Shown in pieces: positions 19,144 to 27,992 of a stretch of 64,000 nt of DNA. The position numbers and the translations under genes were made by a program. The DNA lies in the NCBI GenBank assembly GCA_963774955.1, contig CAVZGV010000006.1, positions 159,224-223,223 of the forward strand, given 5' to 3'. Under the pieces are notes generated by a model. It was not told the origin of the DNA. It was given only the letters and a program-made list of their open reading frames with translations, and made no database searches. This stretch comes from Candidatus Falkowbacteria bacterium (GTDB lineage: Bacteria; Patescibacteriota; Patescibacteriia; CAIXNZ01). The stretch's first letter is position 1. Each line of letters begins with the position of its first letter.

Positions 19144-20283
19144 TTAAAACTTTACCGAGGCCCGAACCGAACCACCGTCACTATGAGAGCCTGGATAACG
19201 CCAATCCAAGCGGAACTGACGATTAAACCGATTCCAACGGCCAAACGGCACAGCGCCTTTCCCTTTAAAATATGCCCCAGCATTCCAGCAGCCTTTGCCC
19301 TGTCCGTCCCAATCATCTATCATTTGATCATGATGTTGCAGCTGCTGTATTAAATATATCAGCTGCGCCTCGGGCGTGGTAAATTGTTCATCAGCGTACT
19401 GCTCCTCAGTCTGAATCTTGGCCAGATATTGTTCAGGGCTTTGGCCTGCGTCAAACTGTTGCCTGCCTTCTATGTCTTTTCCCTTGCCTTTTTCCGGTAA
19501 ATCCGGCAGGTCTTCAATAAACATCACTTGCCAACCTACGCTCTCCGAGCTTCGGTTGGCAAGCCAGCCGGATAAAAGTTCTGACTTAGTCTGACCTCCA
19601 TGGTTATCTTTATCAAACTTTTTAACTCCATAAACCAGATTACCGTTGATATCAGCATCTTTGTATTCATCATTTACAAAAACCGGCTGATTCTCATCTA
19701 GTTCCAACTTTGTGCCGTCTGTAGCCAGCAATTTGCCCTCTTTATGCTTTTTGATTATTAACTTCCCAGCTTTCTCTGCAATTTCACTTAGCTTCATGCC
19801 AATCGGCACCAAAAGCAACTGGGTAAAGCCCTGCTCTCTTTTTTTATCCAGCATTTCGGCTTTGGCTTCCATTCGATCCTTTATCTCCTGATAGCTCGGA
19901 ATCAGCTGTTCTTGCCCGAGAATATCAATCATGCCCCATTGGCCGTTTTTAAACTCCTGCAAGATGCCAACTTGTTTGAGTGTTTCCACTTGTTGGTCAT
20001 ATTGTTCCTGCAAATTAAATTCCTGTTCAAGATTTTCGCGTTTTAACTTACGTCCGTGAATTGTTTCCATTTTTGCCTTTACCTGCTGCAGTAAATTTAA
20101 AGCAGCCGACAAATTGCCGGCTTTTTCTGCATCGACGGCTTTGGTTACCAGTTCATTAATTTCCTGGCGCTGCTCATCAGTCATTTCCATTTCCTTAGCC
20201 TGCAACAAACTGCGTCTGGCCATTTCCATGACCGGCGCTTCGGGAGTTTGTAGTTTTTCCATTCCTTTTTTCATAAATTTCAT
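19144..20283 (-). CDS. DGR variable (target) protein, paralog 2; C-type-lectin-like C-terminal VR
   Basis: 379 aa. C-terminus ...GCWNAGAYFKGKGAVPFGRWNRFNRQFRLDWRYPGSHSDGGSVRASVKF. VR differs from TR only at TR adenines. Confidence 0.85.
   Translation of the reverse strand: MKFMKKGMEKLQTPEAPVMEMARRSLLQAKEMEMTDEQRQEINELVTKAVDAEKAGNLSAALNLLQQVKAKMETIHGRKLKRENLEQEFNLQEQYDQQVETLKQVGILQEFKNGQWGMIDILGQEQLIPSYQEIKDRMEAKAEMLDKKREQGFTQLLLVPIGMKLSEIAEKAGKLIIKKHKEGKLLATDGTKLELDENQPVFVNDEYKDADINGNLVYGVKKFDKDNHGGQTKSELLSGWLANRSSESVGWQVMFIEDLPDLPEKGKGKDIEGRQQFDAGQSPEQYLAKIQTEEQYADEQFTTPEAQLIYLIQQLQHHDQMIDDWDGQGKGCWNAGAYFKGKGAVPFGRWNRFNRQFRLDWRYPGSHSDGGSVRASVKF
19145..19257 (-). repeat. DGR variable repeat VR2
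   Basis: 19 of 19 substitutions versus TR sit at TR adenine positions. The 3' 27 bp (ggttcgggcctcggtaaagtttta, IMH-like) is identical to TR. Confidence 0.85.
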
Positions 20284-20284
20284 T

Positions 20285-21415
20285 TGGGCGAAAACGCCCG
20301 TTGTCTTTTGTCATTTCGGGTAAATGGTACCCAAACTGGTTGGTGAAAAGACAAAATTTCTGTTAAGGTTAGATTAAAATTGATACTTAATATTAAACTG
20401 GTTCAATATTATGAAAAAAAACTTGTCCAGATTGCTCCTCTAATAATGTAATTTTTTATGGCCAAAATGATTGCGGACGGCAAAGATTCAAGTGCGGGAA
20501 GTGCAATCGACTGTTTGTTTTCCGCAATGCAAAGAATAAATTGAACCGCCAACTTAAATGGTTTAAATTATGGATAGCCGAAGGATATTCAGTCAGGCAA
20601 ATTTCGGGAATTAGCCACCACAGCAGGAAAACAATTAAGGGAATAATCAGTTATTGGCTCGCAAAATTACCGAGCCCTTTAAACGTACAAACCGGAATAA
20701 AATATCTGCTTTTTGATGGTACATATTTCCACCGCATGAATTGCTTAATGCTGGCAATGAATAATGCCAATGGCCAAATCATCACAAATAGGTATTTAAG
20801 GCGTGAAAATTACTTTGCCGCCCTTGAGCTGTTCAAGGAGCTGTCAGATAAAGGAATCAAGCCTACAGCCATTACAATTGACGGTAATACTAGCGTAATT
20901 AGAGCCTTAAAGGACGCATGGCCGAATATCGTAATACAGCGCTGTATCGTTCATATCCAGAGGCAGGGATTATCTTGGTTAAGAATGCGTCCTAAACTGG
21001 AGCCATCGATACAATTACGCAAGATATTACTGGCGGTAACAAACATTAACAATTATCCGGAAAAACATAAATTTATTTCAGATTTTCATAAGTGGGAAAG
21101 AAAATTCGGCAAAGCGGTTTCAAGACTCGACTGTAACCACAAAGTCTTTAGTGATTTGCAAAGAACTAGAAGCTTAGTAATTCATGCCTTGCCCGACATG
21201 TTCCATTATTTAGATAATCCGAATATCGCCAAATCAACGAATAAACTTGAAGGATATTTTTCTCGTTTAAAAAGATTGTATCGCCAGCATTCAGGATTAA
21301 GCAAAGATAACAGAAACAATTACATTAGCTGGTATATTCATTTCAAAAATCATTAATTCACCAACCAGTTTGGACCCCTTATACCCGGTATGACAACGGG
21401 CGTTTTCGCCCTCGC
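20285..21415 (+). mobile_element. IS1595-family-like insertion sequence, copy 2 (complete, with 20-bp outer inverted repeats gggcgaaaacgcccgttgtc / gacaacgggcgttttcgccc)
   Basis: Core identical to copy 1. Starts 2 bp upstream of the target-2 start codon. Confidence 0.8.
20541..21356 (+). CDS. DDE transposase, IS1595/ISXO2-like (identical to 15765..16580)
   Basis: 100% nucleotide identity to copy 1, with the same upstream zinc-ribbon frame and A8 run (20414..20421). Confidence 0.75.
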   Translation: MNRQLKWFKLWIAEGYSVRQISGISHHSRKTIKGIISYWLAKLPSPLNVQTGIKYLLFDGTYFHRMNCLMLAMNNANGQIITNRYLRRENYFAALELFKELSDKGIKPTAITIDGNTSVIRALKDAWPNIVIQRCIVHIQRQGLSWLRMRPKLEPSIQLRKILLAVTNINNYPEKHKFISDFHKWERKFGKAVSRLDCNHKVFSDLQRTRSLVIHALPDMFHYLDNPNIAKSTNKLEGYFSRLKRLYRQHSGLSKDNRNNYISWYIHFKNH

Positions 21416-21496
21416 AAGTATTCACCGTATTATTAATTTTTAAAAAATCAAATCCGAAAACAATAAAACAATATCTCAAGTCCCAAACTCCAAATC

Positions 21497-22642
21497 TTAA
21501 AACTTTACCGAGGCCCGAACCGAAGCAAGGTCATAAGGAGCGTCTGGAGAACGCCAAGCCAAGTAGAACTGATGAAGATCCCGAACCCAAAGGCCAAACG
21601 GCACAGCGCCTTGCCCTTTAAAATATGCCCCAGCATTCCAGCAGCCTTTGCCCTGTCCGTCCCAATCATCTATCATTTGATCATGATGTTGCAGCTGCTG
21701 TATTAAATATATCAGCTGCGCCTCGGGCGTGGTAAATTGTTCATCAGCGTACTGCTCCTCAGTCTGAATCTTGGCCAGATATTGTTCAGGGCTTTGGCCT
21801 GCGTCAAACTGTTGCCTGCCTTCTATGTCTTTTCCCTTGCCTTTTTCCGGTAAATCCGGCAGGTCTTCAATAAACATGACTTGCCAACCTACGCTCTCCG
21901 AGCTTCGGTTGGCAAGCCAGCCGGATAAAAGTTCTGACTTAGTCTGACCTCCATGGTTATCTTTATCAAACTTTTTAACTCCATACACCAGATCACCATT
22001 TATATCAGCGTCTTTATATATTTCATCCACAAAAACAGGTTGTGGCTTGCCATTTTCATCTAATTTGATTTCCAGCTTGGCTCCGTCTGTTCCCAGCAAT
22101 TTGCCCTCTTTATGCTTTTTGATTATTAACTTCCCAGCTTTCTCTGCAATTTCACTTAGCTTCATGCCAATCGGCACCAAAAGCAACTGGGTAAAGCCCT
22201 GCTCTCTTTTTTTATCCAGCATTTCGGCCTTGGCTTCCATTCGTTTTTTAATCTCTTCATAGCTGGGTATTGGCTGTTCATTGCCTAAAATATCTACAAT
22301 TCCCCAGTTACCGTTTTTGAATTCCTGCAGAATACCTACTTCTTTTAAAGTCTGAAATTGTTCTTCGTATTGTTCCTTTAAATTTAATTCTTGTTCCAAA
22401 TTTTCTTTGGCTACATTCGCTTTTTGCAACTTTTCCATTTTTTTCTTGACCTGATTTAAAAGTTTTATAGCTCCGGCCAAATCTTTGGCATTTTCCTTGG
22501 CAACAGCCTGATCAATCAGTTCCATTATTTCCGCTTTTTGTTCAGCAGTCATTGCCATTTCCTTAACCGAACCCAAAACCTGCCTGGCCATGGCCAGAGC
22601 CGATGCTTCGGAATTTTTTACTTGTTCCATTTTTCTCGACAT
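21497..22642 (-). CDS. DGR variable (target) protein, paralog 3; C-type-lectin-like C-terminal VR
   Basis: 381 aa. C-terminus ...GCWNAGAYFKGQGAVPFGLWVRDLHQFYLAWRSPDAPYDLASVRASVKF. Lies directly downstream of mraY. Confidence 0.85.
   Translation of the reverse strand: MSRKMEQVKNSEASALAMARQVLGSVKEMAMTAEQKAEIMELIDQAVAKENAKDLAGAIKLLNQVKKKMEKLQKANVAKENLEQELNLKEQYEEQFQTLKEVGILQEFKNGNWGIVDILGNEQPIPSYEEIKKRMEAKAEMLDKKREQGFTQLLLVPIGMKLSEIAEKAGKLIIKKHKEGKLLGTDGAKLEIKLDENGKPQPVFVDEIYKDADINGDLVYGVKKFDKDNHGGQTKSELLSGWLANRSSESVGWQVMFIEDLPDLPEKGKGKDIEGRQQFDAGQSPEQYLAKIQTEEQYADEQFTTPEAQLIYLIQQLQHHDQMIDDWDGQGKGCWNAGAYFKGQGAVPFGLWVRDLHQFYLAWRSPDAPYDLASVRASVKF
21498..21610 (-). repeat. DGR variable repeat VR3
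   Basis: 22 of 22 substitutions versus TR sit at TR adenine positions. Confidence 0.85.
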
Positions 22643-22725
22643 ACGGTTAATCCCTTCTTACTCTTCTTACCCGTCTTCCCCCTTTTTACCCTTTCCAAAC
22701 AGACTTCAAACTTCGAACTTCAATC

Positions 22726-23784
22726 TTAGTAAATTTTGTCCATCAGCACTATAATCACCCCGATCACCGCCATGACCGTGGCAATCAGCCAAAAGCGCAT
22801 GACGATTTTGCACTCAGTCCAACCTTGGGCTTCCAGATGATGATGAATCGGCGCGGAGATAAATACTTTACGCTTAAAATATTTTTTGGAGAACATTTGT
22901 GTGGCGGAGGATAAGGCTTCAATCACGAACAAAAATCCGATTACCGGCAAAATTAAAACTGAGTTGGTCAGCATGGCCACTATGCCTAAAGTAACTCCCA
23001 ACCCCATGGAACCGGTATCTCCCATCATAAATCTGGCCGGATTAATATTGAACCACAAAAAGGAAATCAAGGCACCGACAATCACCCCGCAAAAAGTCGC
23101 TAAATCATATCTACCTTGGGTAAAAGCGATTATGGCAAAGGCAGCAAAAGCCGAGGCCAAAAGTCCGCCGGCCAAACCGTCCAGGCCGTCGGTAATATTT
23201 ACTGCGTTGGAAGTGGCCACAATGATAAAAGTAAAAATCGGAATATACCACCAACCGATTTGAAAATCACCAATAAACGGTACCCGAATTAAATCCCAAT
23301 CCAATTTAAAATAAAACCAGAAAGCGCTAACCAAAGCAATGACCGTATAAATTAATAACTTGTAACGCATTTGCAAACCACCGCCTTTGGGGCCAATACC
23401 CTTGATATTTAAAACATCATCAAACATACCGACCAGCGCTGAAGCGACTAAAGCACCCAGAGGTAAAAGCGTCTGAGACCTGGTCAAAAAGTTTAACTTA
23501 TCAAAAATCTCCCAGGTAGTCCATTGCGCCAAAGCGTAAAAAATTAAAGCCAGAGCCAAAACAGTAACCCAAATTAAAATGCCTCCCATGGTCGGCGTAC
23601 CCGCCTTATGCGCATGTAATTGGGACATGACCGGAGCTCCGCCATCCGCAGTTCTGATTTTCTTGCCCCAATTATACTTGTACATAAAAAAAGTCAAGGC
23701 CGGAGTCCATAAAATTGCTACCACGAAAGCCAAAGCGCTAAGAAATAAAATTTTTACGATAATAAATGCATCCATATATTTCAA
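22726..23784 (-). CDS. mraY: Phospho-N-acetylmuramoyl-pentapeptide transferase MraY
   Basis: 10-TM protein with NAVNITDGLDGLAGG and MMGDTGSMGLG motifs. Confidence 0.9.
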   Translation of the reverse strand: MKYMDAFIIVKILFLSALAFVVAILWTPALTFFMYKYNWGKKIRTADGGAPVMSQLHAHKAGTPTMGGILIWVTVLALALIFYALAQWTTWEIFDKLNFLTRSQTLLPLGALVASALVGMFDDVLNIKGIGPKGGGLQMRYKLLIYTVIALVSAFWFYFKLDWDLIRVPFIGDFQIGWWYIPIFTFIIVATSNAVNITDGLDGLAGGLLASAFAAFAIIAFTQGRYDLATFCGVIVGALISFLWFNINPARFMMGDTGSMGLGVTLGIVAMLTNSVLILPVIGFLFVIEALSSATQMFSKKYFKRKVFISAPIHHHLEAQGWTECKIVMRFWLIATVMAVIGVIIVLMDKIY

Positions 23785-23809
23785 AAATCTTTTTATTAAT
23801 AATAAAAGT

Positions 23810-24196
23810 TTAAATATTTAAAAGGATTACAAACATTCCCGCCAGAAAAAGAATGATCTGAATTATTGTCTGAGAAAAGATAAAAAGATAACTAATCATC
23901 TTTTCCTGCAAGAAAAAAATGTAAGCCAATGTATTATTCAAAATAATTATAATTAAGCCCAGAATTGGAATTATAAAAACGTTATACCAGGGTCCAATAT
24001 TATCAATGCCGAAATAAATATTATAGTGCAAAGAAATCTGCCCGAGTTCAGACAGATATGATAAAGGGTGCAATTTGAAATATAAAGCGCCCCACAATGT
24101 AACATTTACAAGCACGCTAACCACGAAATTTATTTTTACCCACAAATCTTCGCGGTAGGGATGTTCAAAAAATTTAGAAATACTATAAAGCCACAT
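23810..24196 (-). CDS. Small polytopic membrane protein (hypothetical)
   Basis: 128 aa, 4 hydrophobic segments. Confidence 0.4.
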   Translation of the reverse strand: MWLYSISKFFEHPYREDLWVKINFVVSVLVNVTLWGALYFKLHPLSYLSELGQISLHYNIYFGIDNIGPWYNVFIIPILGLIIIILNNTLAYIFFLQEKMISYLFIFSQTIIQIILFLAGMFVILLNI

Positions 24197-24223
24197 ATTT
24201 TTAAGTCAAAAGTAAAAAGTTAA

Positions 24224-24255
24224 AGCCGCGGAGCGGCTTCCCGCTACGCGGGAAA
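24224..24255. repeat. Tandem double-hairpin element agccgcggagcggc + ttcccgctacgcgggaa (copy 1 of 2)
   Basis: GC-rich in an AT-rich spacer. A near-identical copy of about 50 bp is at 62598..62629, in the same context between two minus-strand genes. Confidence 0.6.
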
Positions 24256-24377
24256 GTAGAAAGTTAAAAGTTTGGAATTAATTATCTAAATTTTAGCATA
24301 AATAGGTTAAAAATAAAAGCCCTGATTTTTCAGAACTTCTATTCGTATATTCGTTATAAATTCGTATTTCGTAGATC

Positions 24378-25586
24378 TTACTTTCTTTTTACAGGCGACA
24401 TTTTGCGCAAACGTTCCACGATTTTCGGTAAAACCGCAATCACCCGGTCAATTTCCTTGGCTGTGGTAAATTTACCCAGGGTAAAACGGATTGAGGCATG
24501 GCAATCTTCCGGAGGTATGCCCATGGCCCGTAGGACATGCGACGGCTCTAAAGATCCTGAAGCACAGGCTGAGCCCGTAGAAACAGCAATGCCTTCCAGG
24601 TCCAGCATTAAAAGCATACTTTCCCCTTCAGCACCTAAAAAGCTGATGTTGGCATTAGCCGGCACCCTATTAGTAATATCGCCATTAATCTGAGTGTCTG
24701 GAATCTTTTTGGTTAAACCGGAAATCAATTTATCCCGCAACTTTTTTATTTGGTTATTGGTTATTGGTGCTTGGTGATTGACCAGCTCGACTGCGGCGCC
24801 CAATCCGACTATACCGGCGACGTTATAAGTACCTGGTCTGATATTATATTCTTGATGACCGCCAAAAGTTATGGATTTAATCGGCGTACCTTCTTTAACA
24901 AACAAAGCGCCGACTCCTTTGGGCCCATAAATTTTATGTCCAGAAATGGTTATCAGATCAACTTTTAGACTTTCAGCCTTCATTGGGCAGTAATTTACAG
25001 CCTGCACGGCATCAGTATGAAAATAGATTTTATCGAATGAATTTTTAATCTTGCGTTTGGCATTTGCGTTTTCGATTAAATCGCCAATTTTTCTCAGCGG
25101 CTGAATCGTACCGATTTCATTATTCACATACATAATGGAAACTAAAATCGTATTAGCCTTAATCGCGGCTTTGATTTCATCAATTTTTACGATCCCTTTG
25201 CTATCCACATTAACGTAAGTCGTTTCAACCAGACCTTCTTTAACCAATTCCTGACAAACTTCCAAAATAGCCGGATGTTCAATTTTTGAAGTTATAATAT
25301 GGGGTAAAAAATCGGGTTTATTTTTTTTAAAGGCCATAACCAAACCGCGCAAAGCTAAGTTATTGCTTTCCGTCGCGCCTGAAGTGAATATCACTTCTTT
25401 AAACTTACTGCCAAACAATGTAGCCAGCTGTTCCCTGGCCCAGTCCACGCCTTTGATTGCATCCTGACCGAAAGAATGTAATGAGGAGGCGTTGCCAAAA
25501 ATTTCCGTCATATACGGATGAATTTTTTTTCTGACTTCCGGATCAATCGGCGTAGTCGCGGAATGATCCAAATATATTTTTTGCAT
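24378..25586 (-). CDS. iscS: Cysteine desulfurase (IscS/NifS, class V aminotransferase)
   Basis: PLP-lysine region ISGHKIYGPKGVGALFV. Conserved C-terminal active-site Cys loop STGSACASGSLEPSHVLRAMG. Confidence 0.9.
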   Translation of the reverse strand: MQKIYLDHSATTPIDPEVRKKIHPYMTEIFGNASSLHSFGQDAIKGVDWAREQLATLFGSKFKEVIFTSGATESNNLALRGLVMAFKKNKPDFLPHIITSKIEHPAILEVCQELVKEGLVETTYVNVDSKGIVKIDEIKAAIKANTILVSIMYVNNEIGTIQPLRKIGDLIENANAKRKIKNSFDKIYFHTDAVQAVNYCPMKAESLKVDLITISGHKIYGPKGVGALFVKEGTPIKSITFGGHQEYNIRPGTYNVAGIVGLGAAVELVNHQAPITNNQIKKLRDKLISGLTKKIPDTQINGDITNRVPANANISFLGAEGESMLLMLDLEGIAVSTGSACASGSLEPSHVLRAMGIPPEDCHASIRFTLGKFTTAKEIDRVIAVLPKIVERLRKMSPVKRK

Positions 25587-25661
25587 AGGTTACAAATATA
25601 AAAATTAAATACAAATTATTACGAATTTTAGTACCGGATAAAAACCAAACTGTTTTTATCT

Positions 25662-26666
25662 CTAGTTGCCCGCTGACAATTCCGGTTTGTGGGGATTGAG
25701 CTTATTGCCTGTTTCATAGACTGACTGCGGCTTGTCCCAATCCTCCTTTAGGTTTTGAATTCTAAATTTTAAGCCGTCAAGAAAAGCGTCGATATCCGCT
25801 GTTTTTTTAAACAGAGGCGCGTAAAGCGGATCATCTTTGATAATGGCTAAGGGATCCTGCCCTTTAAGATAATCATGAACAAGTATTTTTACCCCCTTAG
25901 ACTTATCATCAGCAATTATTCGCGCTGATTTCTCAGGGCCTGAGCCGACTTCTACCAATATCATCTGAGTATCTTTGGACTTTTCAGTAATAATAGTCCT
26001 GACATTGGCCCGCGGATTTTTAGCCGGGTTATCATCATTTTCCCTGATAGTATAAAAATCGCTGTAAAATATCTTTTCCGGCTGTCCTTCTTTTTTTTCA
26101 ACCTCCAGGGTTCTAACCCAGCGTACCGGCCGTAATTTATCACCTATTTTAAATAAGCCCTCGTCTAAGCGGTTGTATTCGATTTTCTGAGGAAATTTTT
26201 CCCCATTTTCATCCAGCTCATAAGTATAAACCATGGTGCCATGCGATTGTTCCAGGGCTTCACCTTCAGCTTCATTAATTTTTTCAAAACTTTTATCCAT
26301 GACAGCCTTTCTTAGGCTGACTTCAATGCGGTCGGCCCTGGCAGGCTGTTTTTGACTGATAAAAAACTCATGGGTCAATTTATCTGTTTCAGCTTTAGCC
26401 TTCACCGTGGCCAGAGTCACAAATTGCCCCCTGGTGTCCTCGGCATAGGAAGTGTCCCGACGATCTTCATACGCGACCACATAATATTTGCCGGGATAGT
26501 CAGCGACTAAAGGAGCAAAAGCCTCAGGCAAGGCCACGGCTTCATTTTCACCACGGCTGGCGATTTTGTTTTTTTTCGCCAAAGCAAAAAGATCCTGAAT
26601 TAAAGGGAAAGGACGCTTAAGCTCCTGTTTGGAAGGTATAGCTAATGGAGAATCTATATTTTTCAT
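25662..26666 (-). CDS. Hypothetical protein within the isc operon
   Basis: 334 aa with no recognisable motif. Co-oriented and tightly spaced with the isc genes. Confidence 0.5.
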   Translation of the reverse strand: MKNIDSPLAIPSKQELKRPFPLIQDLFALAKKNKIASRGENEAVALPEAFAPLVADYPGKYYVVAYEDRRDTSYAEDTRGQFVTLATVKAKAETDKLTHEFFISQKQPARADRIEVSLRKAVMDKSFEKINEAEGEALEQSHGTMVYTYELDENGEKFPQKIEYNRLDEGLFKIGDKLRPVRWVRTLEVEKKEGQPEKIFYSDFYTIRENDDNPAKNPRANVRTIITEKSKDTQMILVEVGSGPEKSARIIADDKSKGVKILVHDYLKGQDPLAIIKDDPLYAPLFKKTADIDAFLDGLKFRIQNLKEDWDKPQSVYETGNKLNPHKPELSAGN

Positions 26667-26705
26667 AAATTATAATATTTAATTCTTCAGACTTTGTTTC
26701 CTGTC

Positions 26706-26930
26706 TTATACCGCGACAACTTCTTTGACGCCCTTAACCTTATCCTTAATCTCCGCCTCAATACCCATTTTCAAAGTCATCTGGGACATAGGACAATGGG
26801 AACAAGCGCCCTGCAACCTGACTTTAACTATGCCGGTTTTTTCATCAACATCAACCAGCTCCACGTCGCCGCCGTCCATCTGCAAACTCGGACGGATGGT
26901 TTCTAAAATTTTTTCAACTTCTTTTTTCAT
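26706..26930 (-). CDS. Nfu/NifU C-terminal-domain Fe-S cluster carrier
   Basis: 74 aa with CSHCPMS (CxxC) motif and VEKILETIRPSLQMDGGDVELV. Confidence 0.75.
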   Translation of the reverse strand: MKKEVEKILETIRPSLQMDGGDVELVDVDEKTGIVKVRLQGACSHCPMSQMTLKMGIEAEIKDKVKGVKEVVAV

Positions 26931-26981
26931 ATTTTTATAATTTACTTCTTAAATTTTAACTTTGTACTTTTTACTTCAAAC

Positions 26982-27404
26982 TTAACAATGCGCGTGTTCC
27001 TCTTCTTCCAAATCCTCTGTAAAAACCTCTCCGCGATAATTAGCCACAGCCTTTTTCAAACCGGCCGCTGCTAAAACAGAACAGTGGATTTTTTCCTTGG
27101 GCATACCACCAAGTTTTTCGGCAATTTCCTCACGGGTAATTTTCAGGGCTTCATCAATGGTTTTGCCTTTGGCCAGTTCGGTCAACATGGAAGACGAGGC
27201 AATGGCTGAACCGCAACCTAACGTTTGAAATTTGATATCTTTAATAATCTCCTGCCCCTTTTTATCTTTATCAACTTTAATATAAATCTTCATCATGTCG
27301 CCGCAGATCGGATTACCAACTTCGCCCACCCCGCTGGGATTTTCAATCTCTCCCTGATTGCGCGGATTTTTAAAATGTTCCATTAAAATTTCAGAGTATT
27401 GCAT
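26982..27404 (-). CDS. iscU: Fe-S cluster assembly scaffold IscU
   Basis: NPRNQGEIENPSGVGEVGNPICGDMMKIYIKV ... LGCGSAIASSSMLTELAKGKT, with the conserved IscU Cys ligands. Confidence 0.9.
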   Translation of the reverse strand: MQYSEILMEHFKNPRNQGEIENPSGVGEVGNPICGDMMKIYIKVDKDKKGQEIIKDIKFQTLGCGSAIASSSMLTELAKGKTIDEALKITREEIAEKLGGMPKEKIHCSVLAAAGLKKAVANYRGEVFTEDLEEEEHAHC

Positions 27405-27489
27405 ATTTTTTAGATTATAGGTTTTAGATTTTAGGTTTTAGTTCTTCAACCACAAGCCAAAATCTAAAATCCAAGATCTAAAATCTTAT

Positions 27490-27888
27490 TTAAATTAAAT
27501 CACTTAATTTTATAGAACTTAAAGTTTTACTTATCCCCTGATCCAGTTTCTGCCACACTATCTTAGTCTGGCAATCACAGCTTTTTTGACCGCATAGCCC
27601 TCCCAAACCGGCACAAATATATGGAGCCAAACTTCCCTCAAGGGCTGTGAAAATATCCTTTACTGAAATTTTTGATACTGGCTTGGCTAATTTATATCCG
27701 CCGTTAACGCCTTGAGCACTGACTACAAGTTTAGCCTTTTTTAACCTAGCAAAAAGACGCTCCAAATAAGCCAAAGAGATTTTTTCCTGTTTGGCAATTT
27801 TAGCCAGCGAATAAGGCTCTTGCCCCTGATTTTTCGCCAGATTCACCAAAGCTCTTAAACCATATTCTGATTTCGTAGAAAACATCAT
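27490..27888 (-). CDS. iscR: Rrf2-family transcriptional regulator (IscR-like)
   Basis: N-terminal wHTH STKSEYGLRALVNLA. A C-terminal Cys cluster (C..C....C) could ligate a cluster. Confidence 0.8.
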   Translation of the reverse strand: MMFSTKSEYGLRALVNLAKNQGQEPYSLAKIAKQEKISLAYLERLFARLKKAKLVVSAQGVNGGYKLAKPVSKISVKDIFTALEGSLAPYICAGLGGLCGQKSCDCQTKIVWQKLDQGISKTLSSIKLSDLI

Positions 27889-27950
27889 AACTTATTAAAT
27901 AACCCACCAAAATGGTTGGTGTTTAAAGTATAACATATTTATCCACATTG

Positions 27951-27989
27951 TCAAAAAAAACCCGCCGGTCAGCATTACGGCGGGTTTAA
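27951..27989 (-). terminator. Rho-independent terminator (cccgccg...cggcggg hairpin flanked by A8/T3; T8 on the minus strand)
   Basis: Perfect 7-bp GC stem. T-run on the minus strand follows the spoVG-like gene. Confidence 0.7.
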
Positions 27990-27992
27990 AAT

